A stretch of DNA of 64,000 nucleotides from Acanthaster planci. Taxonomy: Eukaryota. Made by a program: the position numbers and the translations under genes. Below the pieces are notes generated by a model. It did not search any database. It saw nothing but the letters and a program-made list of their open reading frames with translations, and had not been told where the DNA came from. The stretch lies in NCBI RefSeq assembly GCF_001949145.1, contig NW_019091356.1:4694934-4758933 (forward strand), read 5' to 3'. Shown piece after piece: positions 37,700 through 49,161 of this stretch (its first letter is position 1; the number at the start of each line of letters is the position of its first letter).

Positions 37700-38052
37700 C
37701 GTGTTTAGAAGCAGAAACTTGTGCCGGAAATTGGGGGGATAGGGAAAGGTAAGGCTGAATGACTCGCCCTGCCATGAACATTTGAAAATTTGATGTTCAT
37801 GATATCGATGTACACCTTTAATTATGTACTTAGAATGGCATGTTTACGGCTTTTTGAATATTACTTTTCCTTTTTTGAGTGATACTGAATGCGTTTTACT
37901 GGGAAGTCGAAAAAAATCTTCACAACCAACTTTAAATTTTCGATCACCTTACCACAAAAGTGTGTGTGTGTGTGTGGGGGGGGATTCAACAGTCCGCCCC
38001 TCCAAAATGGGGGGGGGGGAATATGTCCCCATACCGGGGATTTACGCCCATG
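37700..38052 (+). repeat. Interspersed repeat family C, copy 3 (downstream of the secreted-protein ORF)
   Basis: TTGTGCCGGAAATTGGGGGGATAGGG...GATGTTCATGATATCGATGTACA...GATTTACGCCCATG. Confidence 0.7.
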
Positions 38053-40849
38053 GTCGTGTTCCTGTTCGTGACCAGCGATCAAGTATCGCTTAATATTTCC
38101 TTGCCAATAAAGCATCCATGGGTTGACAACTTCACTAACAACTAAATCTGGCCATGAGAAGAAAAATGTAAATAATTTTATGGCTTAATGGTAAATGTTG
38201 CTTTAGACGTAGTAATTTTGTCGCTGCTGTTGTGGAAAAAGACGGCGTTCGTATGCTTGAATGTGGACACTTTCCGCACAATGTCATCCTCGCTTAACAT
38301 GATGAGGTAAGTTTATCATTTTATAAGCAGCATGGATTTTTGATCTGTAAACTTTGAATTGGGTAGTTTTTACTGCCAGGCGAACATGGTCGGTACGTCG
38401 CTTGTAGTTGAGAATTTGATGGGCGAGGGTACATTCGAATGATAGCGGGCGAGTAGTGAAAAGAGCGATATTTATGTGTGTACTTAAACTCCTAAGGACA
38501 AAACCAGTACATGCCCCTTTTTATCCCATCAAGCATTTTCCAATTTAAAAGGAAGCATTGTATTTGTGTTTTCACTCCGTCCATATTCACCGAACTCCAA
38601 ATAATTGGGGGATTGATTTCTGATGCTTTTCTCAATATTCTTGCTCCAAGAATAAGTAAATTTAAGAAATTATCGCTGAATTAATTAGCGTAGGGTAGGT
38701 TCTTTGTTCTGGGGTTTTCAGTGCCATCAACCTTTTTTATTATTGATATAGTATTACAAAAATAGAAGGAGTCCCTTGCCAATGTTTTTTTTTGTGTTTT
38801 TTTTAATTGATGGAATGCCGTGTTGGTGACATAAAATTAACCTCGCCTGAAGCAGAATGCATTTCTTGACAATCCTAATTATTGACTAAGTGTAAGTAAT
38901 CGGGAACAGTGCCCACTATTGTGAATATCGTCACATTATTTTTGCAAAACTGCGTACAGTGAAAGTAGGCCTATCATTCACTGTGGAAATTTATGCATGT
39001 ATGATCATGTGACAAACCGACCGCCAAACTGTTGTCATGGTTATGATTACACACATTCGACTGAGTAGCGGCATTTTGCTGTACGGTTCGTAAGTGTATA
39101 TCATGTGTGTCGATGTATCATGCTGCATGATGAATAGAGACCTTTGTGTTCCTAATACAGTTATTGGAGACGGTTGATGTTGTTAATGTGGTAGTCATAT
39201 TTTACTTCAATTTCAGTTCAAGTATTCATTTTGCCAAGCAATGTCTCTTGCTATTGTGTTAGTATTCAAAACTGCATAAGTCGTTTTACATTTTCTGCCT
39301 TGTGTGTGGTATTCAATACAATAGAAAATACTAATGTTATGAAGTGAGAATTTGAACAAGTTTCATTCATTTCAAGTCTGTGAAGTCGCCTTTAAACATG
39401 TCACTGCCAAATTCATGATTAGTCAGAAAACGCGGGGTAAATCATTGAAAAGAGTACGCCTTAATAATTACGTACTCAAATAAATTTGTCGACAGCATCC
39501 CCAAACAGTTTTAATGAGTGTTTTCCTCGTGAAATTCTCTGGGCTAAATCAGCACAGTTTTAAAATGCCTGCCGATTTCTTTCCAGGCCCACAGAATGTA
39601 AACCCTGGTTCTCAGCTTTCCTTAGATGGCTTACGATTTTTCTATCTTCTCGTGACCTAAGTTATTGCTTTCTTGTCCAATAATGCGAGTTTTTAAGTGA
39701 AGAGGCCTGTGATATAGATGGGCGTGGTCGTGTTCACACATCATGCATCATCAGCTAGCTTGTGAAGCGTTGTTTCCTTCCCACATTTAGACACAACTCA
39801 TGATAGAGCGAGTTTCACGTGGCAAAGCGATGTCTCGTGCTAGTCGTTACTAGGCAACAGCGTTAGTGGAGAGTGTATCAGCAGTGTCCTTCATATTTCA
39901 TATCTGGCGAGGATAATTTGTCAACCTTGAATGGTGATATTGGCGAGTATTTTTCCCGCCGACAGTCGTTGTCAGGCTTCGTTATATTTTGAGCTTCCCG
40001 CCCCCAAAATCGATGACTACATTTCGGAAAATGTTTTGACCTACGTCTTGAATAGAAGCTGTTGAAAAAAATAATACAGACTCACCAATTGTGTATGACG
40101 AGCTAATTTAGGCGGAGGCCGAAGTGGCGCTGGCAGAAATTACAATTTCCATAGAAGCCTACACGACCAAGATGCATTATGACGGAACAAAAACTACTCA
40201 ACAATATACAGAACCCTATCAATATTAGGGGAAAAGCAATATTGTACACATTTGCATACTTGGTAAAATCTCCGCCGAGAAAAATTCGAACTAGTTTCTA
40301 GACGGATACAAACAAACTAAGCATTTTTTTTTTCATTTCTTGTGTAACCATCTGTGCGCCGTAAATTTAAGTGATCTGTTTATGTGACGGTATAAGGCGG
40401 GATGGGGGTATATGCGACAAACAGGTTCTCTCAGCCAGCTTTTGCTTCAGGGGTATACATCACCCCACATGCAAAATATACAGGCACTGAAACTGGAAGT
40501 ATTCACTTTACAAATCCAGCCCTCACAAGATTAAAAATAAACCAAAATGAATATATATATCAAATACCCCAACAAAAGATCCATAAAAGAAAATTCAAAC
40601 AATGTGCATTCAACCATGGAGCTATAGCTCCATGATTCCGCCCAATTTTTCCAAGGACATAGAGGGCGCTTGCCATTAAAAAATAACTCGGGTTTTTTTT
40701 TCTTAACACAAAAAACCCGTTAACTACAATCGAAAATTGGCTACGACTATGTCGACTACATCAGAGGCTGCTGGCATCCACAGCCGAAACCAAATACACG
40801 TACTGTACATGTCATTCGGATTTAGCCTTATGACGTCGTGCTTAAACGT

Positions 40850-41047
40850 CACCACGTGCACTTCCGTTCCACCTGCTGCTGTACTGTCTTGTACCCGCCT
40901 GTTCCTTTACACTGTCGGTATTAAAAAGGCGAAGGAAGTTCTGTCACCAGACTGTTGCGACATCATTCATTCCTGGCGCGACGTGTGTGTACCGCGGACC
41001 GGCGTTTTGTGCTCTACATTGCTACTTTTTCGAATGAAGTTTTGTCT
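40850..41047 (+). other. Probable ABCF2 promoter and non-coding first exon
   Basis: CpG-richer segment with TGACGT, CACGTG and CACTTCCG (ETS-like) motifs. It ends in the strong donor CT|GTAAGT, and an acceptor lies at 43012 upstream of the ABCF2 ATG. Confidence 0.45.
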
Positions 41048-41408
41048 GTAAGTACGTGTTATCTATGGTTCTATTCCCGTGTGAAGTTTTATAAAACGTC
41101 AATGAATATTTCTGTACATTTAAATCCTTTTTTGGTCGTTTAAATTAACTTTTTCTGTCAAAATTCGTAGTGCATCTCTGTTTCCTTTTGTTGCAAAAAA
41201 GGCCGTTCGTCATTTTGATGTAGGGCCTAGACGTATGTTATGAATGATGTAGGCTTACATGCCGACAGGGCCTCACTCAACACATATACTTTATTTTTTG
41301 TAAAGTGACCGATGACGCACGGGCAAATTCGCCGGCAACTCGGTGCTGGCCTACCACTGTATGACCACCAAGCAGTAATAAACCATTCAGAGCATTCTAG
41401 TGCTGGTA

Positions 41409-42017
41409 TAGCCCCACTACTAGTGTGGCACATGGCATGGACTCTCCTCCCGATCCATCCTAAGCCACACATCCGTCTACGCAATTTTGTGTTGGCGTAT
41501 TGAACTTTTCAGGGCACCCACTTATCGTGGGCGCAATTTCTTTTGCACACGAACATGATTCTTGACCTTTCCGCTTTCTAAAAAATCACTTATTGAATGA
41601 TTTCACTCATGTTATTTGGGTATTTTCCAGTCTTTTTGCCTTTATCCATTCAATCTAACGGGCTCGCTCTCACAGTCGTCATCTTTAAAATAAGATCGTC
41701 GAACAATATGTCACTTGACCCCTCATCGTTTCGACGGCTTTTCCATGTCAAGACATGTAATGCACGGACTGAGCGATAAGATACTACATGTACCAATGGG
41801 CTCTTCCAAAACTTTGGCAGCAGCAGCGACTGTGAGAGCGAGCCCGTTAGATTGAATGGATAAAGGCAAAAAGACATGTTCGTGTGCAAAAGAAATTGCG
41901 CCCATGATGATAAGTGGGTGCGCCAAATTGTTCAATCCCCCGATACGAAATTGGGTGTACGGATGTGTGGCTAAGGATGGATCGGGAGTGAGAGTCCGTG
42001 CCACACTAGTGGGGCTA
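41409..42017. mobile_element. Long-TIR foldback element with a 9-bp TSD (Mutator-like or Academ-like)
   Basis: TAGCCCCACTA...TAGTGGGGCTA with ~190 bp of inverted similarity. Flanks are GTGCTGGTA (41400-41408) and GTGCCGGTA (42018-42026). Confidence 0.8.
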
Positions 42018-43069
42018 GTGCCGGTAGTGATGGCAATATTGGCCATGTTGGTTAGGCGCGGCATGTTAGACCTAGGCACGATTCTGATGCATCCTTCATA
42101 CAAGTTTAGGCAACAGCTATTTCTTAACTTAACAATTTTGTCTGGTGTTGTATTTGCAAAAAGTACCCACACAAGTACAAGGCAAAATTCACTAAATGTT
42201 GGAGTCACAGAGAGCTTCCGGCCGGACGGACAAACACGACAAAGCTCCGCTGCACCATGCGTGTAATAACCAATGAGGTTTGATACCCAGACACAACGGT
42301 ATTTTTTAGAGTTTATTTGTGTACGCATTTTCCCTTATGTGGACAGGTGCCCTGCTAAATGTACAGGGTGCTTTCAAGTTTGTACGTGTAGGTAACATTG
42401 CAAAAACTCATTGCACACCACATAGCTGTTTACTTTTTATCACTTTGTGTAACCTTTGTGAAGAGGAAAATACAATGACTGCTATTCTTGGCCACGAAAA
42501 ATGGACACTTCTATTTCGAGAAAAAAGTACCTGGCCATCGGGCAATTTGTCCTTAATTTTTACTTGCTCAAAAAAGGAAATTACTTGTCCCGCACAATCG
42601 GGCAGCTGTTAATGTCGAGGCCTGGCAGGCTGCCATGAAGGCATGTAACCACGGTACCCAGGATCAGAACTATGAATTGAACAGTTTTTGCAGACTCCAA
42701 AAAGTCTAGTATTATCTTTTCCTGTTTTGAATCCCAAGAGTGCCAATTAAATTTCAGGGGTTTCACTTTTATCAGTGTCTGCTGATCTGAGAAGGACTTT
42801 CTTGGGGGGGAGTCAGAAATTTGTACCTAGACTGAATTCTATTTGTTCATGCAAATTCACGATGAGAATGAAAAGGAAATTTTTTAAGCACCCCCCCAAT
42901 AAACCACTGCAAAGGGTCAGTTGCAATGGACCAGCTAAAGCATATTGGGGTCATGACTCAAACCAGTCAAGTATCAGCTACCTGTAATGTTAAGCTTACA
43001 CGTCTACTACAGGTACGGACTTTCCACAAAATCATCAGACAGAATCACGGACAGTAGCTCACATATACC

Positions 43070-46000
43070 ATGCCGAAGAAAAGAGCGCCCCCAAATAAGA
43101 GAAGAGGCAGTGCACAGACTGATAAAGCTGGAACCGGCAAAGCAGAAAATGGCAAAGTGACCACCAACGGCACAGGTAGGTTGTGGGAACTTGAATGATT
43201 TGGAGATAATATGTCTACACTTCTTGTTTTCAAACATCGAGGTGTAAAATTCATAGTGCTCTAGTTGAATTTGCTCAGATAAACAAATCTTGAGTTCAGC
43301 AGTCGGAGTGTCATTTGAAGTACAGTTAAGTATGCACACCATATTGTGTGGAATGAGTGAAATGTTCTTTGTTGCTGAAATGTAGACTAGTGTATCAACT
43401 ACTGTATTTGATGACATGTTTACACTTCATTAAGTGCCATTGTGTTGTTCTTTTGTCTCATTTTTCATTTTTCCCTACATGCTAACAGCTTCAAATGATG
43501 TGAATGGCATCATTGATGAGTTAGACTTGTTAGATCTAGCCTCAGATGCGCGGGCCTGTACCGGTGTCCTGTCCTCCCATCCAAGTAGCCGCGACTTGAA
43601 GATTGATAACTACTCGCTGACATTTCATGGTGTAGAATTGTTTCAGGATACCAGGGTGGAGCTAACCTGTGGGAGGCGGTATGGACTCATTGGCCTGAAT
43701 GGTTGTGGTACGTACCCAGCTACACAAGCGTAGTTTATCCTGTTTGTAAGATGTGTCCCAAAACTTCTTAGTTTTGTTATCTTGAAAAATGGAAAGAAAG
43801 GGTGAAACTGTGTAACCTTGCACTGTGGTTGGTGAGTCAAAAGAGATAACAATTTCATGGACATTGTTGACATGTGCCTTTATTTTTGGGAAATGTAGTA
43901 CGTGTCATAAATTTATTAAACCAAAGAAATTTTTTACTGTTCTGTGATGATTGTACTTGTGCTGTTGAATTTTATCACATTCTTGTTCATGGAGGATTTC
44001 AAGTCAAAACGATACTGTGGAATCTTGGGTGAATAAAAATTATTTTCTGTTTGTCTTTCAGGAAAATCCTCTTTCTTATCATCTCTGGGAAATCGGGAAG
44101 TACCCATTCCTGACCACATTGACATCTTTCATTTGAAGCGAGAGATGGCAGCATCAGACAAGACAGCATTGCAGTGTGTGATGGAGGTAGATGAGTTGAG
44201 AGTGCGACTAGAGAAGGAAGCAGAAGAACTAGCTCAACTGGAAGGACAAGGTAGGACACTGCAGGTCATGCTTGCTGGTGCTGCTGCAGGTCATGCTTGC
44301 TNNNNNNNNNNNNNNNNNNNNNNNNNNNNNNNNNNNNNNNNNNNNNNNNNNNNNNNNNNNNNNNNNNNNNNNNNNNNNNNNNNNNNNNNNNNNNNNNNNN
44401 NNNNNNNNNNNNNNNNNNNNNNNNNNNNNNNNNNNNNNNNNNNNNNNNNNNNNNNNNNNNNNNNNNNNNNNNNNNNNNNNNNNNNNNNNNNNNNNNNNNN
44501 NNNNNNNNNNNNNNNNNNNNNNNNNCTGCTGCAGGTCATGCTTGCTGGTGCTGCTGCAGGTCATGCTTGCTGGTGCTGCTGCAGGTCATGCTTGCTGGCA
44601 CTGCTGCAGGTCATCCTTGCTGGCACTGCTGCAGGTCATGCTTGCTGGTGTTTCTACAGGTCATGCTTGCTGGTGCTGTCTTACTATTGCCAGGGTGTAC
44701 ATGTATATAGGTACCAACATTGGTATTGTTGCATCTTCAAACCTAACCCCAAGTGAATCTTCATTGTATTCATGTGGCTGTGCTGCTTTGAGTGCATTGA
44801 AATCAAAGTAAGTTCAGACTTTTCAGGATACAGTATAAAGAAATCACTCAAGTTTGTGTTTTTGATATCGACCTTTTTTTCTTCGGGAGTGTAGAAGTTG
44901 AGGACACACTGATGGAGATTTATGAACGTCTTGATGAGATGGAAGCAGACAACGCTGAAGTCAAAGCGGCAAGAATCCTTCACGGTCTTGGCTTCACCCA
45001 TGCCATGATGCACACCAAGACACGTGACTTCTCAGGTGGCTGGCGCATGAGAATCTCTCTGGCGAGGGCGCTGTTTGTCAAGCCGCATCTATTACTTCTA
45101 GATGAGCCCACTAATCATCTGGATCTAGAGGCTTGTGTGTGGCTGGAGGAAGAATTGAAGAGGTAGGCTAGAAGACGACAGCAGTTCTACTCTCAGATCA
45201 CAGTTTGGACTTGGGGGGGGGAATTTCTTGGGAGTAGATGGTTTAGAAAGTCAGGGAATTCTGATGTTCCCCATCCTAGAGACATCAGCTGAACGTTTAC
45301 TGATGACATGCTTGCAATGTCCAGACAAGTCTATTGTAGCCAGGATATTGTAAAAGGATCTTCTACGTATGCAGCCACTTTTCATGTCATCTGATTGCCT
45401 GATTTTTCATGAATCCATCATAAATTGGAAGGGTCTTTCATTGCTCGGCACGTAACTTTCTTGTTACCTTATTCTTGGTTGTTCAATTTCAAAGTTTGAA
45501 TGTTATTCATGTTTTTCATTTCAGCTACCAAAGGATATTGGTGCTGATATCTCACTCTCAAGATTTCCTGAATGGTGTGTGTACCAACATTATCCATATG
45601 CATCAGGGTAAACTCAACTACTATAGTGTAAGTAGCTTTCTGATGTGTTTATCATCCCTAATCCCATCAAATCCAACAGATGCAACAGGTGGCACATAAA
45701 AGTCATTTTTGATGAGTGCATCAGATGAGTTTGATAAATATTCGTTTGATCTGTCAAGATTTTCAGGTTATGTTGACTGCTGTATAAAAAATCCAATTTC
45801 CTTTTGATGAGTTTTCAGTTGAAGTTGTTGACATTTGAATTTTACTCACAGCTTCTTGTTTATTATTAACATTACGAACTCCCTGAAGAAAAAGTGGATG
45901 GAAAGCAAGGAGAATGACTCTACAAGTTGTATTTGTATTTCAGGGTAATTATGACAGCTACGTCAAAACACGAAGTGAGTTGGAAGAGAATCAGATGAAG

Positions 46001-49000
46001 AAGTATGACTGGGAGCAGGANNNNNNNNNNNNNNNNNNNNNNNNNNNNNNNNNNNNNNNNNNNNNNNNNNNNNNNNNNNNNNNNNNNNNNNNNNNNNNNN
46101 NNNNNNNNNNNNNNNNNNNNNNNNNNNNNNNNNNNNNNNNNNNNNNNNNNNNNNNNNNNNNNNNNNNNNNNNNNNNNNNNNNNNNNNNNNNNNNNNNNNN
46201 NNNNNNNNNNNNNNNNNNNNNNNNNNNNNNNNNNNNNNNNNNNNNNNNNNNNNNNNNNNNNNNNNNNNNNNNNNNNNNNNNNNNNNNNNNNNNNNNNNNN
46301 NNNNNNNNNNNNNNNNNNNNNNNNNNNNNNNNNNNNNNNNNNNNNNNNNNNNNNNNNNNNNNNNNNNNNNNNNNNNNNNNNNNNNNNNNNNNNNNNNNNN
46401 NNNNNNNNNNNNNNNNNNNNNNNNNNNNNNNNNNNNNNNNNNNNNNNNNNNNNNNNNNNNNNNNNNNNNNNNNNNNNNNNNNNNNNNNNNNNNNNNNNNN
46501 NNNNNNNNNNNNNNNNNNNNNNNNNNNNNNNNNNNNNNNNNNNNNNNNNNNNNNNNNNNNNNNNNNNNNNNNNNNNNNNNNNNNNNNNNNNNNNNNNNNN
46601 NNNNNNNNNNNNNNNNNNNNNNNNNNNNNNNNNNNNNNNNNNNNNNNNNNNNNNNNNNNNNNNNNNNNNNNNNNNNNNNNNNNNNNNNNNNNNNNNNNNN
46701 NNNNNNNNNNNNNNNNNNNNNNNNNNNNNNNNNNNNNNNNNNNNNNNNNNNNNNNNNNNNNNNNNNNNNNNNNNNNNNNNNNNNNNNNNNNNNNNAGTAG
46801 GTTTAGGAATGATTGGAAAAACTGCTATGTGAGTATTTTCTATTAATTTGATAAATCTGTCTTGCTTCATTATTTGGTGAAGTGCAAACCAGGCCAACAA
46901 CTCCCATTATTATTTATAATACTTTTGTTATTGTAAATTTTATTATGTTTGTGGATTGTTTGCAGGACTACATTGCCAGGTTTGGGCACGGTAGCGCCAA
47001 GTTGGCTCGTCAAGCTCAGAGCAAAGAGAAGACATTACGGAAAATGGTAGAAGCGGGATTGACTGAGAAAGTCGTGGAAGACAAGGTAATGTGAGAATGG
47101 TGGTTTCAACCCAAGTACCCGTCTTGGTGCTGCAAAATCAAGAATTACCTTCCCTGAGTTGATTTTAGTGTATCTGCCTAGAGAAGAAGCACCTCATTGA
47201 TTAAAAAGAGCAATGTTGTTCAAGAGTCTTCATTTTGTTGCATGGACGCACCCCTACCACGTGCAGTTCATAGTCGTTTGTGAACCAGTGAAGTGCAGTT
47301 CCTACCAAAGGAGCCTTTGTTGCTTGGAAAATTGCGCCCTCTCTTGGCCCAGCTCTTGGCTCATTCAATTTATGAACACCTGCAGGTTCCTGTTTCATTT
47401 TGATGACTTCTTCAATTGACACACCCACCAATTCACTTTTTTGCACGATGTTTAGTTATTTTGTAACATTTTCTATTACAGACGATATCCTTTTATTTTC
47501 CTGACGTGGAGAAGGTTCCACCTCCTGTCATCATGGTCCAGAATGTGTCCTTCCAGTATGCCGAAGACAAGGTAAAACCAACTCTACAAAACACCATATC
47601 AAATATTTTACGACTCGCAGTAATCCAGATTCCTGCTGAGAAAATCTTGTAAAAAATTCCATTTTATTTTTTCAGCAGTAATATTTCGTAGCCATGGATA
47701 CCTTGATGGAGGAACAGATAGCTCACCCTTTCCAACTTGCTTGCTCTTTGATTTTTTTTTTTTAGCCACTCATCTACAAGAATCTGGAGTTTGGGCTGGA
47801 TCTGGATAGTAGGATAGCATTGGTAGGACCAAATGGTGCCGGCAAGTCAACTTTACTCAAACTCATTGTAGGAGAACTCATTCCATCTGACGGCCTAATA
47901 CGAAAGTATTCTCATCTACGGATCGGCAGATACCATCAGGTACTAACACAAGAACATTTTGAAATCCAAATTATTTTGGAAAGTGTAACTGATAAAGAGA
48001 AGCTGGTTTCTTTTTTTTGCACAAATATGGCAGGAAAATATGTTTTGATTTTTTTCTGACAGCATTTACAAGACCTGCTGGATCTAGACTTGAGTGCCTT
48101 GGAATGGATGATGAAGAACTTCCCAGATATCAAAGAGGTGGAGAAAATGAGGCGAATCATTGGTCGCTATGGGCTGACTGGCAAGCAACAGGTGAGTTGA
48201 GATATAAAGATACAGGAACCTCTAGCACAAATACCTCTACCTATGACTCCTACTTGTTGTGAGTCAAAGACACCTGTTGAAGGATTCTTAAAATGTCTGG
48301 GAATAATCAACATCACTATCTGAAATGTTTCATTATATCAGAAGTCAAATCATTTTTCATTCAAATGATATTTTTTACCTTGTTAGATCTGTCCTATACG
48401 TAACCTCTCGGATGGCCAGCGATGTCGTTGTATTTTCGCCTGGTTAGCTTTTCAAGGTCCACACATGCTGTTACTTGATGAACCTACCAATCATTTGGAT
48501 ATTGAGACTATTGATGCTCTAGCAGATGCCATTAATGACTTTGATGGTGGTCTTGTGCTTGTTAGCCATGACTTCAGGTTAATCAACCAGGTGGGTAACC
48601 AAGTTCCATTTTTGCGTAAAGTCAACTCTCATTATAACAAAGTGACAGAGAATGGAAACATTTCTATTTTGTAACCAAGATTTGATAAGGTAAGGAGTGG
48701 AAATACAAAGGAAATACAAGAATTCAAAATTGTGATTCTCGGAATTTGCTCTCTTTATCAGAATTTTGTTATAACAGTGTTCTTTGTATCAAGAGTCAAC
48801 TGTATGCATTTTGTTAATTTCTCCTTGGAGAAATATTGTCCTAACATATTGTCGCATTCAGTATTTTGAGAGAGCATTTGATGCTTGTTTAGATTGTCTC
48901 ATTGAAGTCAAGGTGATTCCATGTTCACAGTGGACTTCTGGCAATCATGAGGATCCATTCATTCTCTCTTTTGTTACAAAGGTTGCCAAGGAAATCTGGG

Positions 49001-49161
49001 TTTGTGAGAAGCAGACAGTTACCAAGTGGTCTGGGGACATCTTGTCTTACAAAGAGAACCTGAAGAGGAACATCTTGAAGGAGGAGAAAAGCTCCAAGAA
49101 GGAAGGGGGAAAGAATGGAAGCAAAGCCAAGAATGGAACCAGCAAGAGCGGAAAAAAGTAA
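43070..49161 (+). CDS. ABCF2: ATP-binding cassette subfamily F member 2
   Basis: Exons 43070-43175, 43489-43707, 44062-44250, 44895-45162, 45525-45627, 45944-(gap at 46021), 46966-47085, 47482-47571, 47766-47939, 48063-48191, 48387-48590, 48982-49161. Two ABC domains ([41 protein letters not shown]) and no TM domain. [21 protein letters not shown] is characteristic of ABCF2. Confidence 0.95.
44258..44678. repeat. 25-bp minisatellite spanning an assembly gap
   Basis: Unit CTGCTGCAGGTCATGCTTGCTGGTG occurs on both sides of the N-run. Confidence 0.9.
47170..47362 (+). repeat. Interspersed repeat family A, copy 3 (diverged)
   Basis: GAAGAAGCACCTC...AAAAGAGC...TTCCTACCAAAGGAGCC...GTTGCTTGGAAAATTGCGCCCTCTCTTGG. 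Confidence 0.65.

Noticed and set aside
41723..42328. 201-aa and 136-aa ORFs on opposite strands
   Set aside because: They overlap the foldback element and show no recognisable protein features.
45797..45892. Box C/D snoRNA candidate (TGATGA 45805, CTGA 45883) in an ABCF2 intron
   Set aside because: The terminal stem is weak, there is no purine before box C, and I could not recognise an rRNA-complementary guide. A similar pair at ~45300-45394 is equally unsupported.
45914..46900. Long ORFs in the ORF track
   Set aside because: They are artefacts of N-runs; the same applies at 28144-28302, 44302-44525 and 63303-63480.
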